This document shows, one piece after another, positions 11,831 through 22,759 of a DNA stretch of 64,000 nucleotides. The first letter of the stretch is position 1, and the number at the start of each line of letters is the position of its first letter. The DNA lies in NCBI GenBank assembly GCA_965277715.1, contig OZ255836.1, positions 3,648,001 to 3,712,000 on the forward strand. Reading direction: 5' to 3'. Source of the DNA: Gammaproteobacteria bacterium (GTDB lineage Bacteria; Pseudomonadota; Gammaproteobacteria; JBCCGL01). Below the pieces are notes generated by a model, which saw only the letters and a program-made list of their open reading frames with translations, ran no database searches and was not told where the DNA came from. A program made the position numbers and the translations under genes.

Positions 11831-13417
11831 ATGACTGCAACAGCTGCGGATCTGGCGCACCACGACGACCACCACGAAGAGCATGCGTATGGGTGGAAGC
11901 GTTGGTTATTTACCACTAATCATAAAGACATAGGCACACTCTACCTGTGGTTTAGCTTGTTGATGTTTTTCGTCGGCGGGGCGATGGCCCTGATTATCCG
12001 CGCCGAACTGTTTGAACCGGGTATGCAAATCGCCGATCCAGATTTTTTCAACCAGATGACCACTATGCATGCGCTGGTGATGATCTTTGGTGTGGTGATG
12101 CCTGCCACAGTAGGGCTTGCCAACTGGCTGATTCCAATGATGATCGGTGGGCCGGATATGGCGTTGCCACGCATGAACAATTGGTCGTTCTGGATTCTCC
12201 CCTTTGCTTTTACGCTGCTGCTCAGCACGCTGTTTATGGACAGCGGCGGCCCGGCGGGTGGCTGGACACTGTATCCACCCCTGGTGCTTCAGGGAGGGGA
12301 TGGCTTTGCCTTCGCGATTTTCTCCATTCACTTTATGGGGCTCTCCTCGGTGATGGGGTCGATCAATATCATCGCCACTATCTTTAATATGCGCGCCCCC
12401 GGCATGACATTGATGAAAATGCCGTTATTTGTATGGACCTGGATGATCACCGCCTTCCTGCTAATTGCGACTATCCCGGTATTTGCCGGTGCGGTCACCA
12501 TGTTGCTGACGGATCGTTTCTTCGATACCAGCTTTTTTAGCGCCGCTGGTGGTGGTGACCCGGTGATGTACCAACATATCTTCTGGTTTTTTGGACACCC
12601 TGAAGTCTATATTTTGATCCTGCCTGCCTTTGGTATTGTCTCGCAAATTATCCCCACCTTTGCGCGTAAACGACTGTTTGGTTACGACTCAATGGTCTAT
12701 GCGACGGCATCGATTGCCTTCCTATCATTTATCGTCTGGGCGCACCATATGTTTACTGTGGGTATGCCACTGGCGGGCGAGCTGTTTTTTATGTTCAGTA
12801 CCATGATGATCGCCGTTCCAACTGGTGTGAAAGTGTTCAACTGGATTGCCACCATGTGGCGCGGTTCCATGACATTTGAAACTCCTATGCTGTTCGCGGT
12901 CGGTTTTGTTGTTATGTTCACCTTTGGTGGGTTTTCAGGGTTGATGATGGCGATTACGCCGGTCGATATTCAATACCACGACACCTACTTTATTGTGGCC
13001 CATTTTCACTACGTACTCGTTCCTGGGGCTATCTTCGCCACCCTGGGTGCCGTGTACTACTGGATTCCAAAATGGACTGGCAATATGTACGATGAAACAC
13101 TGGGTAAGTGGCATTTCTGGTTATCGACAATTTTTGTCAACCTGCTGTTCTTCCCTATGCACTTTGTTGGCTTGGCCGGTATGCCACGACGTATTCCCGA
13201 CTACCATATGCAGTTTGCCGACATGAATGCGGTGGCTTCCATCGGCGCGTTTGGTTTTGGTTTTGCGCAATTGTTATTTGTTTGGGTTGTATTCAAATGC
13301 ATTAAAGGCGGCGAAAAAGCCACCGATCAGGTCTGGGAAGGGGCTGAGGGCCTGGAGTGGACCTTGAGTTCGCCAGCGCCATACCATAGCTTTTCCACAC
13401 CGCCTGAGGTCAAGTGA
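11831..13417 (+). CDS. coxA: Cytochrome c oxidase subunit I
   Basis: TTNHKDIG, WFFGHPEVY, WAHHMF, VAHFHY. Confidence 0.98.
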   Translation: MTATAADLAHHDDHHEEHAYGWKRWLFTTNHKDIGTLYLWFSLLMFFVGGAMALIIRAELFEPGMQIADPDFFNQMTTMHALVMIFGVVMPATVGLANWLIPMMIGGPDMALPRMNNWSFWILPFAFTLLLSTLFMDSGGPAGGWTLYPPLVLQGGDGFAFAIFSIHFMGLSSVMGSINIIATIFNMRAPGMTLMKMPLFVWTWMITAFLLIATIPVFAGAVTMLLTDRFFDTSFFSAAGGGDPVMYQHIFWFFGHPEVYILILPAFGIVSQIIPTFARKRLFGYDSMVYATASIAFLSFIVWAHHMFTVGMPLAGELFFMFSTMMIAVPTGVKVFNWIATMWRGSMTFETPMLFAVGFVVMFTFGGFSGLMMAITPVDIQYHDTYFIVAHFHYVLVPGAIFATLGAVYYWIPKWTGNMYDETLGKWHFWLSTIFVNLLFFPMHFVGLAGMPRRIPDYHMQFADMNAVASIGAFGFGFAQLLFVWVVFKCIKGGEKATDQVWEGAEGLEWTLSSPAPYHSFSTPPEVK

Positions 13418-13422
13418 GCTAA

Positions 13423-13527
13423 ATGCAGCATGACCGTAAGCGGCGGCCACTGCGATTGGCGATAACACTGGGTGTGCTCGCCGTATCGTTTTATGTCGGG
13501 ACACTCGCTTACCACGTCCTGACCTGA
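13423..13527 (+). CDS. Small single-TM protein of the cox operon (34 aa)
   Basis: Manual translation MQHDRKRRPLRLAITLGVLAVSFYVGTLAYHVLT; basic N-terminus plus a TM helix; starts 5 nt after the coxA stop. Confidence 0.65.
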   Translation: MQHDRKRRPLRLAITLGVLAVSFYVGTLAYHVLT

Positions 13528-13607
13528 GTGAAGTGTGTGAGTGTTTTCAAGGCTTGTGATCTCAGTTTTGCTGGCAACTGCACTGCCAGGGGGATAGCGG
13601 AAAAGTA

Positions 13608-14150
13608 ATGAGTGAAGCACAAAAATCGACTGCGCAGATAGTGCGCAGGCTGGCGTTGGTAGTGGTTGCTATGTTTGGCTTCGGTTACCTGATGGTGCCG
13701 ATTTATGATGTACTGTGTGACATCACTGGCCTCAATGGTAAGACCGGGGTTGTCGATGCCAGTGAAATTGATGCCAATCGGGTCGACCTCAGCCGTGAGA
13801 TCACGGTAGAGTTTATTGCCAGCCTTAATCAAGGCGCGGGCTGGGAGTTTAAGCCGGATGTTGCGCGTATGAAAGTGCACCCCGGCAAAACGTATACGGC
13901 GACATACTATGCACGTAACAAAGTCAGCCGTGAGGTAATAGGTAAGGCGGTGCCCAGCGTAACACCACGCGAGGCATCAAAATACTTTAACAAGACAGAG
14001 TGCTTTTGTTTCAGCGAGCAACTATTTGCAGCAAACGAAGCCAGGCACATGCCGTTGACATTTATCATCGACGCGGACATACCGTCAACGGTGACGACGG
14101 TCACCCTGTCTTACACATTTTTTGATGCCGGAAAAACATCTGGGTCATAA
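13608..14150 (+). CDS. ctaG: Cytochrome c oxidase assembly protein CtaG/Cox11
   Basis: VPIYDVLCDITGLNG and YFNKTECFCF copper-binding motif. Confidence 0.95.
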   Translation: MSEAQKSTAQIVRRLALVVVAMFGFGYLMVPIYDVLCDITGLNGKTGVVDASEIDANRVDLSREITVEFIASLNQGAGWEFKPDVARMKVHPGKTYTATYYARNKVSREVIGKAVPSVTPREASKYFNKTECFCFSEQLFAANEARHMPLTFIIDADIPSTVTTVTLSYTFFDAGKTSGS

Positions 14151-14222
14151 GTGCTCGTCTGTTTTTGGACGCCCTTGATACATGAATATGAACGAACTTT
14201 TGATTTTAAGAGGATATAAACA

Positions 14223-15092
14223 ATGAGTGCAGCTTCAACGTACTATGTGCCTCACGAAGCCCGTTGGCCAATTATCGGCTCGATAGGCTTGATGGCGTTT
14301 TTTACCGGCTTTGCCATGATGCTCAACGGCAATAGTACGGGGCCTGCGGTACTCGGTGTCGGTGTCGCCATCGTTATCTTTATGATGGTTGGCTGGTTTG
14401 GTCTGGTTGTTGGTGAAAGTGAAGCCGGTGCCTACGACAAGCAGGTCGGTGTCTCGTTCCGTATGGGCATGATGTGGTTTATTGTCTCTGAAGTCATGTT
14501 CTTTGCCGCCTTCTTTGGCGCTTTGTTTTATGCACGGATCCTCTCTGGCCCTTGGTTAGGGGGTATTGGTGAGGGTGGTGCTGGCACCACCAATGAGTTT
14601 CTATGGGCGGGCTGGGAATATGTCTGGCCGAATAATGGCCCGGCGTTAATTGGCGGTGCTTTCAAGTCGATGTCCGCCTGGGGGTTACCGGCGATCAACA
14701 CCCTATTGCTGCTCAGTAGTGGGGTAACCTGTACTTTTGCGCACCACGCCATCAGGGCTAACCATCGTAAACCCTTTATCTGGTGGTTGCTGGCAACGGT
14801 TACGCTGGGCTTTGTGTTTGTTGGCCTGCAGGCGCTGGAGTATAGCCATGCGTATAGTGATTTAAACCTGACACTCGGTTCGGGTATTTACGGTTCGACT
14901 TTCTTTTTACTGACCGGCTTTCACGGTTTTCACGTAACGATGGGGGCAATTATTTTGACCATTGTGATGTTGCGCGGTATGAAGGGGCATTTCTCGGCGG
15001 ATAACCATTTTGCCTTTGAAGCGGCAGCCTGGTATTGGCACTTTGTCGATGTCGTCTGGCTGGGATTATTCGTATTTGTTTATTGGATCTGA
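14223..15092 (+). CDS. coxC: Cytochrome c oxidase subunit III
   Basis: SEVMFF, TGFHGFHV, WYWHFVDVVW. Confidence 0.97.
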   Translation: MSAASTYYVPHEARWPIIGSIGLMAFFTGFAMMLNGNSTGPAVLGVGVAIVIFMMVGWFGLVVGESEAGAYDKQVGVSFRMGMMWFIVSEVMFFAAFFGALFYARILSGPWLGGIGEGGAGTTNEFLWAGWEYVWPNNGPALIGGAFKSMSAWGLPAINTLLLLSSGVTCTFAHHAIRANHRKPFIWWLLATVTLGFVFVGLQALEYSHAYSDLNLTLGSGIYGSTFFLLTGFHGFHVTMGAIILTIVMLRGMKGHFSADNHFAFEAAAWYWHFVDVVWLGLFVFVYWI

Positions 15093-15121
15093 TCAGTAAA
15101 CGGCACAAAGAAATGTTGTAG

Positions 15122-15240
15122 CTATTCAGTTCACGCCTGCTTGATATGTCCAGTTTCGGCGTTAAGCGTGCTCATTTACACATGTAATAAAGTGTGCCCT
15201 CTTGGCTTGAACCCGAACAAATCAGGCGCAATCTGAACAG
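15122..15240. repeat. Palindromic intergenic (MITE-like) element
   Basis: Imperfect inverted ends ctattcagttcacgcctg / caggcgcaatctgaacag around a central gctcatttaca...tgtaa core. Confidence 0.45.
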
Positions 15241-15263
15241 TTGCAAATACCTTAAATAGTGGC

Positions 15264-15294
15264 AAGGGGGTGCTGTTAATAGCCCCCTTTTTTT
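15264..15294 (+). terminator. Rho-independent terminator after coxC
   Basis: aagggggtgctgttaatagcccccttttttt: GC stem followed by a T run. Confidence 0.7.
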
Positions 15295-15310
15295 GAAGTG
15301 TCTGTTTGTT

Positions 15311-15535
15311 TTACTGGCCAACACCGTGCGGTGAAATTAAACCCGTTGCAGCGGCAATCATCAGCAGAATAAAAGCGAATACCGAAAGACCGACCCGAAT
15401 GGATAACGCATTAACCGTTCGGTTGGTTTGCCCTTTGTCTTTCACCAGAAAGAATAAGCCGGAAAATAAACTGATAACAATTGCCAGCAGTAGGATAATG
15501 ACCAGCAGCTTAACAAGCATAAAATGGTGCCCCAA
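15311..15535 (-). CDS. Twin-transmembrane-helix small protein (DUF2909-like)
   Basis: Two TM helices, SLFSGLFFLVKD...ALSIRVGLS pattern; typical position between coxC and SURF1. Confidence 0.85.
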   Translation of the reverse strand: MGHHFMLVKLLVIILLLAIVISLFSGLFFLVKDKGQTNRTVNALSIRVGLSVFAFILLMIAAATGLISPHGVGQ

Positions 15536-15608
15536 ATAGTCGATATTTACTCATATCCAGATAAGTATACCGGGAGTTGGTTTATCGATCGATTAAAACA
15601 GGTGTGCA

Positions 15609-16364
15609 GTGTTATTTATCAGCGGGAAATATAGCTTTAAGCCAGGCATCTGGAGCACGCTTGCGGTTGTGCTGTTAGTGCCATTATTTGCCGCACTAAC
15701 GTATTGGCAGTTACAGCGCGCAGCGGAAAAACAATCGATTACTGCCCAGCGTGCCGAAGCTGAATTGCGGGCGCCTATCGCTATTTCAGGGAGGGAGACT
15801 GTGTCTGACCTGCACCTGAAAAAAGTACAGGTGAGCTGTAAGCTGGACGCACAAAGGCAATTATTATTAGATAACCGCATATACCGGCAACGCGCCGGTT
15901 ACGAGGCTTTGACTGTGTGTACGCTGGAAAATAACACCGCTGTGTTGATTAATCGTGGATGGGTTGCGCCAGGCTATTCGCGCCAACAACTGCCGGATAT
16001 TTCTATAGCGCATCAGTACACTAACGCCCATCAGGTTGTACTCAATGGGTATTTTGCGGTGCCCGGTAAAGGATTTAGCCTGGGTGAGGCACTGTCTGAG
16101 ACGCCGGGTATAAGCGGTGTCGAGTGGCCGCGCCGTGTACAGTACTATGATTACCAGGCTATTGGTGAGTTGCTGTCGCTGACATTGATGCCGGGGGTGG
16201 TTTATATCGACCCCGAATCACCGCTAGTATTGATATACAACTGGCGGCCCATCGCCTTTGGCCCAGAAAAACATTATGGCTATGCTTTGCAGTGGTTTGC
16301 ATTAATGATCACATTATTGGTGCTATACAGCGTTTTAAACAGTAAGCGGCGGGAAAATTTGTGA
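15609..16364 (+). CDS. SURF1 family cytochrome oxidase assembly protein
   Basis: WQLQRA, LLDNR, VLINRGW, HYGYALQWF. Confidence 0.93.
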   Translation: MLFISGKYSFKPGIWSTLAVVLLVPLFAALTYWQLQRAAEKQSITAQRAEAELRAPIAISGRETVSDLHLKKVQVSCKLDAQRQLLLDNRIYRQRAGYEALTVCTLENNTAVLINRGWVAPGYSRQQLPDISIAHQYTNAHQVVLNGYFAVPGKGFSLGEALSETPGISGVEWPRRVQYYDYQAIGELLSLTLMPGVVYIDPESPLVLIYNWRPIAFGPEKHYGYALQWFALMITLLVLYSVLNSKRRENL

Positions 16365-16999
16365 ACGATAGCGTGAACCCCCAACAACCTGGTCCAAAGC
16401 AAGTGCGCAATGCACGGATTAAACTGGTTGCCTTATTGAGTGTATTTTTGCTGCCGTTTATCGCTGCGATCATTACACACAGTCTCTACCGTGACAGCGG
16501 TGAACTATCTACATCCAGCTACGGCGAATTAATTTTACCTGCCGTGCCACTGACGGCGTTTTCCCTGCGCGATTCGCGTACACAAACCCCCGTGGATCTG
16601 TCGTGGTTAAAGCGGCACTGGACGTTGGTGTATCTGGTCGATGATGATTGCGCTGAAGTGTGCCAGCAAAATATCTACCATATGCGGCAAATTCACGCTG
16701 CACTGGGCAAGGAGGCACACCGTGTGCAACGGCTTGCAGTCGTCCGTGATGTGCCCCCTGTCATAGCGTTTATTGGCACAGAATACCCCAATTTAAGTGT
16801 CAGTACGGGTGATGTAGATAGCCTGGCGGTGTTTTCCCGGCAGCTTGAGACGGCGGTAAGCGGTCTGCCTGTACAACAGAACAGCCTTTATTTGATCGAC
16901 CCACTGGGCAATTTAATGATGCGCTTTCCTGCGGATATTAACCCCAAAGGGATTTTGAAAGACATCAAACGCGCTTTGCGCGCATCGAGAATAGGATAG
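16361..16999 (+). CDS. SCO/SenC-like cytochrome oxidase assembly protein
   Basis: N-terminal TM, CAEVC (CxxxC), YLIDPLGNLMMRF; cox operon context. Confidence 0.75.
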   Translation: MNDSVNPQQPGPKQVRNARIKLVALLSVFLLPFIAAIITHSLYRDSGELSTSSYGELILPAVPLTAFSLRDSRTQTPVDLSWLKRHWTLVYLVDDDCAEVCQQNIYHMRQIHAALGKEAHRVQRLAVVRDVPPVIAFIGTEYPNLSVSTGDVDSLAVFSRQLETAVSGLPVQQNSLYLIDPLGNLMMRFPADINPKGILKDIKRALRASRIG

Positions 17000-18028
17000 A
17001 TGAACAAGCGTTCCAACATTAACCGGCTTGCCGCTGCAGCGACAGTGTTGGCATTTTGCGTGGTGGTGCTGGGTGCGTTTGTGCGGCTTTCCGACGCGGG
17101 CCTGGGTTGCCCTGACTGGCCTGGGTGTTATGGTCAATTATTGGTGCCGCAAAGTGAGCAGGCGGTAAGCGCCGCAAATCAGGCCTACCCTGAGCGACCA
17201 CTGGAGCACAGCAAAGCCTGGAAAGAAATGGTGCACCGCTACCTGGCATCCCTACTGGGCCTGGTGATTGTTGCGATTGCGGTATTGACCTGGCGTACGC
17301 GAAAACACGGCTTTTCTGGGCAGCTTGCCTATTGGCTGGTAGTGTTGGTGATATTTCAGGGATTACTGGGCATGTGGACGGTTACCTTACTGGTTAAGCC
17401 CGCAATTGTGCTGCTGCATTTGCTCGGTGGTTTTAGTACCTTGGCATTGTTATTTTGGCTGTGGTTATCGACCCGTGTGGTTGATGGTGAGGTGCTACCG
17501 AAAAAATTGGGCACGCTGGCAAAAGCAGGTTTGTTGGTTTTGACGCTACAGATAATGCTCGGTGGCTGGACGAGTACCAATTACGCGGCCCTTTCCTGCC
17601 CGGATTTTCCCACCTGCCAAACCCAGTGGTGGCCATCGATGGATTTTGCCGATGCCTTTACCTTGTGGCGGGGCACAGGGGTTGATTACGAGGGCGGCGT
17701 GCTCGCCAATGCCTCGCGTGTCACCATCCACGTAAGCCATCGTATAGGAGCCATATTCACCACCGTGATGCTATTGGTGGTGGGTATCTGTGCGTTAAAA
17801 AACCGGACCGTGTCACCGGCGGCGGGCAGGGTGGGGTATGTATTGTTGGGTTTGTTAACGTTACAGCTTACACTGGGGGTTGGCAATGTACTCTTGCACC
17901 TGCCCTTGTCTGTGGCGACAGCGCACAACGGAGGCGCGGCGCTTTTGGTGCTATCATTGATTTACATCATCTATAAAAGCCGACCCGCAGCGAATTATTC
18001 TCTGAGGGTGCCGGAGAATACTGTATGA
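17000..18028 (+). CDS. ctaA: Heme A synthase (COX15/CtaA)
   Basis: [31 protein letters not shown]. Confidence 0.95.
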   Translation: MNKRSNINRLAAAATVLAFCVVVLGAFVRLSDAGLGCPDWPGCYGQLLVPQSEQAVSAANQAYPERPLEHSKAWKEMVHRYLASLLGLVIVAIAVLTWRTRKHGFSGQLAYWLVVLVIFQGLLGMWTVTLLVKPAIVLLHLLGGFSTLALLFWLWLSTRVVDGEVLPKKLGTLAKAGLLVLTLQIMLGGWTSTNYAALSCPDFPTCQTQWWPSMDFADAFTLWRGTGVDYEGGVLANASRVTIHVSHRIGAIFTTVMLLVVGICALKNRTVSPAAGRVGYVLLGLLTLQLTLGVGNVLLHLPLSVATAHNGGAALLVLSLIYIIYKSRPAANYSLRVPENTV

Positions 18029-18927
18029 ATACCGAGGCTCAGCAAGTACCGGGCAATGTGTTCAGTCACTGGCGTGACTACCTTGAACTGTGTAAACCAA
18101 AGGTAGTGTTATTGCTGGTTTTTACCGCTATTGTCGGCATGTTGTTATCGACCCCCGGGTTTGTGCCAGTAGTGGAATTTGTTGTGGGTACCATCGGTAT
18201 TGGCCTGGCCTCGGCCTCGGCGGCGGCGCTTAATCACATCATTGACCAGCGTGCCGATGCGATGATGGCGCGCACTAAAAACCGGCCCCTGCCCAAGGGA
18301 CACCTGAGTACCCGGCAATGTTTAATGTTTGCATTGTCGATTGGTGTGCTGTCGATGGTGTTACTGGTGGTGTGGGTGAATACATTGACGGCCGTACTGA
18401 CGTTTTTTGCGTTGATAGGGTATGCGGTAATTTACACGCTCTACTTAAAGCGGGCGACACCACAGAATATTGTGATTGGCGGTGCCGCTGGGGCAATGCC
18501 ACCTGTACTGGGTTGGGCGGCCATTACCGGTGATGTGAGCGCTGAATCGTTATTGTTATTCTTGATTATCTTTACCTGGACACCGCCACATTTTTGGGCG
18601 CTGGCTATTCACCGCAAAGCTGATTATGCCAAAGTAGGCATTCCGATGTTGCCGGTGACCCACGGTGAAAAATTCACTCGTTTACAGGTGCTGTTGTATA
18701 CCATCTTGATGGTGCTGGTCACTTTGCTGCCGTATCTTATCGGTATGAATGGCTGGTTGTACCTGCTGGGTGCGGTGGCCTTGGGAATAGGGTTCCTTGT
18801 GAGTGCGATTAAAATGCTGGATGAAACACGCAAACAACAACCGATGAAAACGTTTGTTTTTTCGATTAACTACCTAATGGCATTGTTTGCGATATTGATG
18901 TTGGATCATTATTTGATTGCTGTGTAG
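18025..18927 (+). CDS. cyoE: Protoheme IX farnesyltransferase (heme O synthase)
   Basis: [36 protein letters not shown]. Confidence 0.96.
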   Translation: MNTEAQQVPGNVFSHWRDYLELCKPKVVLLLVFTAIVGMLLSTPGFVPVVEFVVGTIGIGLASASAAALNHIIDQRADAMMARTKNRPLPKGHLSTRQCLMFALSIGVLSMVLLVVWVNTLTAVLTFFALIGYAVIYTLYLKRATPQNIVIGGAAGAMPPVLGWAAITGDVSAESLLLFLIIFTWTPPHFWALAIHRKADYAKVGIPMLPVTHGEKFTRLQVLLYTILMVLVTLLPYLIGMNGWLYLLGAVALGIGFLVSAIKMLDETRKQQPMKTFVFSINYLMALFAILMLDHYLIAV

Positions 18928-18946
18928 TGAGTCATTCTCGCACCTG

Positions 18947-19792
18947 CTAACAACTAACCGGTGACCAAGCCTCATACACCAACAAACTTACTTCGGATAT
19001 TAATTTTTCAGCCATATTATCTGGGTCTTCTTCTTCATCTGGCATATCCCTGGTCATTATGCTGATCACCCATTCGGCGCCGTGCGCGACCACCAGCCCA
19101 CTCTCGGTGGTACAGTCCATTAGGTAGCCGGTTTTGCTGGCCACCCATACCGGCTCGGGCATGTTCCATTCACGCGCCCATGGGCTTGCTGGCAGGTGTT
19201 TTCTCAGTGGCTCAATGTATTTTTGAATGCGCAAAATATCCCAAAATAATTCACTGGCGTTTGAGCTAAGTAGTTCACCTTTTCTCATGCGCAATAGAAA
19301 ATGTGCAAACGCTTGTGGCGTGCTTTCCCCCAGGGTAAATGAATCCCTGTCAGAATCTTTGAAATTGCACCAGTTGCCAATACGGGTATGTTGCAGTGGA
19401 ATATCCGCAATCGCCTCGTTGATACAGCCGAGGCCAAGGTAATCAATCAGCAGGTTGGTGGCGGTATTGTCACTGATCATCATCATCAATGTCGCCAGGT
19501 CTTTAAGTGTCGGCTTTAACCCGCAATCGAGATGATTCATCACGCCAGAGCCAGGGGTAGAAAATCGGGCGGTATATTCAACCCGTTCGTGCAATGAAAT
19601 ACGGTGTTTATCCACCTCACTGAGTAAAGTGTAAAGTACGAATACCTTAATACTGCTGGCGGTTGGGTAGGCTGCGTTGGCGTTGATACTAAGGCGTTTG
19701 TCGGCATCTACTGTCTCTGCATAAACGCCTACCTGGCCAGGCATGGATTCGATAAGCTTGCCGATGGCTGCTTCAAGTTTACTATTGCTCAT
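18947..19792 (-). CDS. Serine hydrolase, class A beta-lactamase-like fold
   Basis: SxxK (ASSIK), SDN and KTG motifs; no obvious signal peptide. Confidence 0.85.
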   Translation of the reverse strand: MSNSKLEAAIGKLIESMPGQVGVYAETVDADKRLSINANAAYPTASSIKVFVLYTLLSEVDKHRISLHERVEYTARFSTPGSGVMNHLDCGLKPTLKDLATLMMMISDNTATNLLIDYLGLGCINEAIADIPLQHTRIGNWCNFKDSDRDSFTLGESTPQAFAHFLLRMRKGELLSSNASELFWDILRIQKYIEPLRKHLPASPWAREWNMPEPVWVASKTGYLMDCTTESGLVVAHGAEWVISIMTRDMPDEEEDPDNMAEKLISEVSLLVYEAWSPVSC

Positions 19793-20068
19793 AGTATCCT
19801 TTTTGGTTTATTTGTGTGGTGGCTCAGAGGCCAGTATATTCGCCGGTTTACCGGGTTAGTCAATCTAACCCTACGGCAATATATGAGTAAATTCTCATGG
19901 TTTGTATGAATAACTATCGTTTGTAGTGGCAGCCACCAACCCCTATTATTCTTCCATCGGCAACCGGCACCACTTAATCGGCGCCACCGGATTCAGACAG
20001 TGAACATTGTTTTGAATACGTTTTTTGCCATTGTAGTGAATCCTCCTTTGGTCTACACAGACCATTTT

Positions 20069-20099
20069 ATGCCGCTCTTTTAGAGCGGCATTTTTTTTT
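20069..20099 (+). terminator. Plus-strand Rho-independent terminator with no plus-strand gene upstream
   Basis: atgccgctct-ttt-agagcggcat stem running into a 9-T tract. Confidence 0.75.
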
Positions 20100-20137
20100 G
20101 CCCAAAAGCGCCACCCCTGGTTGCCTTGGTGTTACGC

Positions 20138-21961
20138 TCAGGCAATAAAACCACCCGATTGTCGCCGCCATAATTCTGCATAGAGTCCCTCTGTATTTGC
20201 AAGTGCCTGGTGTGTACCCTGCTGGATGATTTTTCCCTGTTCGATGACGATCAGTCGATCGAGTGCAGAAATTGTCGATAGCCGGTGGGCAATGGCGATA
20301 ACGGTCTTGCCTTGCATCAATTGCATTAAATTTTCCTGAATGGCGGCTTCGACCTCTGAATCCAGCGCGGAGGTGGCTTCATCCAGCACCAGGATCGGTG
20401 CATCTTTCAAAAACATGCGGGCAATGGCGATACGTTGACGCTGGCCACCGGATAATTTGACACCACGCTCGCCAACGTGGGCGTCATAACCTGCCCGACC
20501 ACTCATATCGCCAAGGCCGGGAATAAAGGTGTGGGCATTGGCGCGCCTGGCGGCCTCGATAATTTGCTCACGTGTCGCCTGTTGTTTACCGTAGGCGATA
20601 TTATCGGCGACTGAGCGGTGCAGCAGAGAGGTATCCTGGGTGACTACACCGATATTGGCACGCAATGAGTCCTGGCTGATATGTGCAATATCCTGCCCAT
20701 CGATCAGTATTCTGCCGCCTTCAAGATCGAACAGGCGCAGCAGCACGTTCATTAATGTGGTTTTACCCGAGCCTGAACGCCCGACAATACCCACTTTTTC
20801 ACCGGGCCTGATGTCGAGACTTAAATCATCGATAACCCCGCCCTGTTTGCCGTAATGGAAACGGATGTTTTCAAAGGTAATACGGCCCTGGGTTACTTTG
20901 AGGTCGCTGGCGTTATCAATATCGGTGACGGTTTGTACCTTGGCGAGGGTGCCCATGCCATCCCGGGCCATGCCGAGGTTTTCAAATAAGGCAGACATTT
21001 CCCACATAATCCAATGCGCCATACCCTGCAACCGCAGTACCAGACCAATGGCCACGGCAATACCCCCTATACTGGCCACGCCGTTTATCCATGAGGCTAT
21101 CGCCGCGAAGCCAACGCCAAACAGGAGCAGTTGGTTGAGTATATCGACAGAGACGCCCAGCTGGGTCGACAGACGCATCATGCGGTGTACCGTGAGCATA
21201 AACCCCTCCATGCTGTCTTTTGCGTAGCGCTCTTCACGCCCGGCGTGGGCGAACAGCTTTACCGTCATAATATTGGTATAACTATCGACTACACGACCTG
21301 TCATGGTGGAGCGCGCTTCAGCTTGCTCGGCGGATACTTTGCCCAGGCGCGGCAGAAAATAACAGAGCAGCAGGCTGTACATTATCAGCCAGGCAAAAAA
21401 GGGCAATGTCATCCAGAAGTCGAAGGTGCCTACTAAGATCAACGCACCAATAAAATAAACACCGACGTAAACCAACACATCGATCACCTTCATAATTGCT
21501 TCGCGCACGCCGAGCGCGGTTTGCATCACTTTGGTCGCAACGCGCCCTGCGAATTCATCCTGGTAAAAGCCAAAGCTTTGACGCAATAGGTAGCGATGCG
21601 CCAGCCAGCGAATACGCATTGGGTAGTTGCCGATAACGGTTTGATGCATTATCAGCGAATGCAGTGCCGCCACCAGTGGTAATGCCAACAACACGACAGC
21701 GCTTATCCCGATTAATTTGTCACCTTCTTTTTCAAGGAAGGTGTTTCTATCGGCGTCACCTAACCAATCGACAAGGCTGCCGAGAAAACCAAATAGCGCC
21801 ACTTCCAGCGCAGAAAAAGTGGCTACCAGAAATGCCATGGCAAATAACCACGGCCACACTCCCTGGGTGTAGTGTGAACAGAATGCGAAGAGTGTTGCCG
21901 GTGGGCGCGTTGGCGTTTGTGCTGGAAAGGGCGCCAGCAATTTTTCAAAGAAGGCGAACAT
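20138..21961 (-). CDS. ABC exporter, fused permease/ATPase
   Basis: TM domain plus GRSGSGKT, LSGGQRQR and LDEATSALD. Confidence 0.93.
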   Translation of the reverse strand: MFAFFEKLLAPFPAQTPTRPPATLFAFCSHYTQGVWPWLFAMAFLVATFSALEVALFGFLGSLVDWLGDADRNTFLEKEGDKLIGISAVVLLALPLVAALHSLIMHQTVIGNYPMRIRWLAHRYLLRQSFGFYQDEFAGRVATKVMQTALGVREAIMKVIDVLVYVGVYFIGALILVGTFDFWMTLPFFAWLIMYSLLLCYFLPRLGKVSAEQAEARSTMTGRVVDSYTNIMTVKLFAHAGREERYAKDSMEGFMLTVHRMMRLSTQLGVSVDILNQLLLFGVGFAAIASWINGVASIGGIAVAIGLVLRLQGMAHWIMWEMSALFENLGMARDGMGTLAKVQTVTDIDNASDLKVTQGRITFENIRFHYGKQGGVIDDLSLDIRPGEKVGIVGRSGSGKTTLMNVLLRLFDLEGGRILIDGQDIAHISQDSLRANIGVVTQDTSLLHRSVADNIAYGKQQATREQIIEAARRANAHTFIPGLGDMSGRAGYDAHVGERGVKLSGGQRQRIAIARMFLKDAPILVLDEATSALDSEVEAAIQENLMQLMQGKTVIAIAHRLSTISALDRLIVIEQGKIIQQGTHQALANTEGLYAELWRRQSGGFIA

Positions 21962-21981
21962 GTTACAGATCCTTAAAGTTG

Positions 21982-22743
21982 CTATTGTTTTAAACGGTAG
22001 CCCGTTTTAAACATCCACCATACCAACATCAGGCAGGCGAGGAGAAACAGCGCAATCACTGTTAAGCTCAGGCCCACACTCACATCGGCTACACCAAAAA
22101 AGCTCCAGCGAAACCCACTGATAAGGTAAACCACCGGGTTGAATAAGGTCACCGTCTGCCACACAGGCGGCAACATACTGACGGAATAAAAACTACCGCC
22201 GAGAAATACCAGTGGTGTAATAATAAGCAGGGGAATCAGTTGTAACTTTTCAAAATTATCTGCCCATATGCCAATAATAAAACCAAACAGTGAAAATGAA
22301 ATGCAGGTCAGTAGCAGAAACGCCAACATCCAGACCGGGTGGGCGATCTCCAGCGGTACAAACAAACCGGCGGTGGCCAGAATAATGGTACCAAGAATGA
22401 GCGATTTGGTCGCTGCCGCGCCGACATAACCCAGTACCACTTCAAGAAATGAAATCGGCGCGGACATTACTTCATAAATAGTGCCGGTAAACTTTGGGAA
22501 GAAAATGCCAAACGAGGCATTGGCGATACTCTGGGTTAACAGTGACAGCATCATCAACCCTGGCACTATAAACGAACCATAGGGGACACCATCCACCTGC
22601 TCAATGCGTGAACCAATCGCCGCGCCAAACACGACAAAATACAGCGATGTCGAAATAACCGGTGATGCGATACTCTGCATCAGCGTATTCCAGGTGCGCA
22701 GCATCTCGAATTTGTAGATAACCCGGACAGCTTGAAAATTCAT
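21982..22743 (-). CDS. ABC-2 transporter permease (YadH-like)
   Basis: Six-TM pattern, LYFVVFG...FIVPGLMM...[11 protein letters not shown]. Confidence 0.9.
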   Translation of the reverse strand: MNFQAVRVIYKFEMLRTWNTLMQSIASPVISTSLYFVVFGAAIGSRIEQVDGVPYGSFIVPGLMMLSLLTQSIANASFGIFFPKFTGTIYEVMSAPISFLEVVLGYVGAAATKSLILGTIILATAGLFVPLEIAHPVWMLAFLLLTCISFSLFGFIIGIWADNFEKLQLIPLLIITPLVFLGGSFYSVSMLPPVWQTVTLFNPVVYLISGFRWSFFGVADVSVGLSLTVIALFLLACLMLVWWMFKTGYRLKQ

Positions 22744-22759
22744 TGTGTGATGGCATCCA

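Noticed and set aside
18947-19792. Functional beta-lactamase resistance gene
   Set aside because: Only the generic SxxK/SDN/KTG motifs are visible, with no signal peptide or mobile context; resistance cannot be supported.
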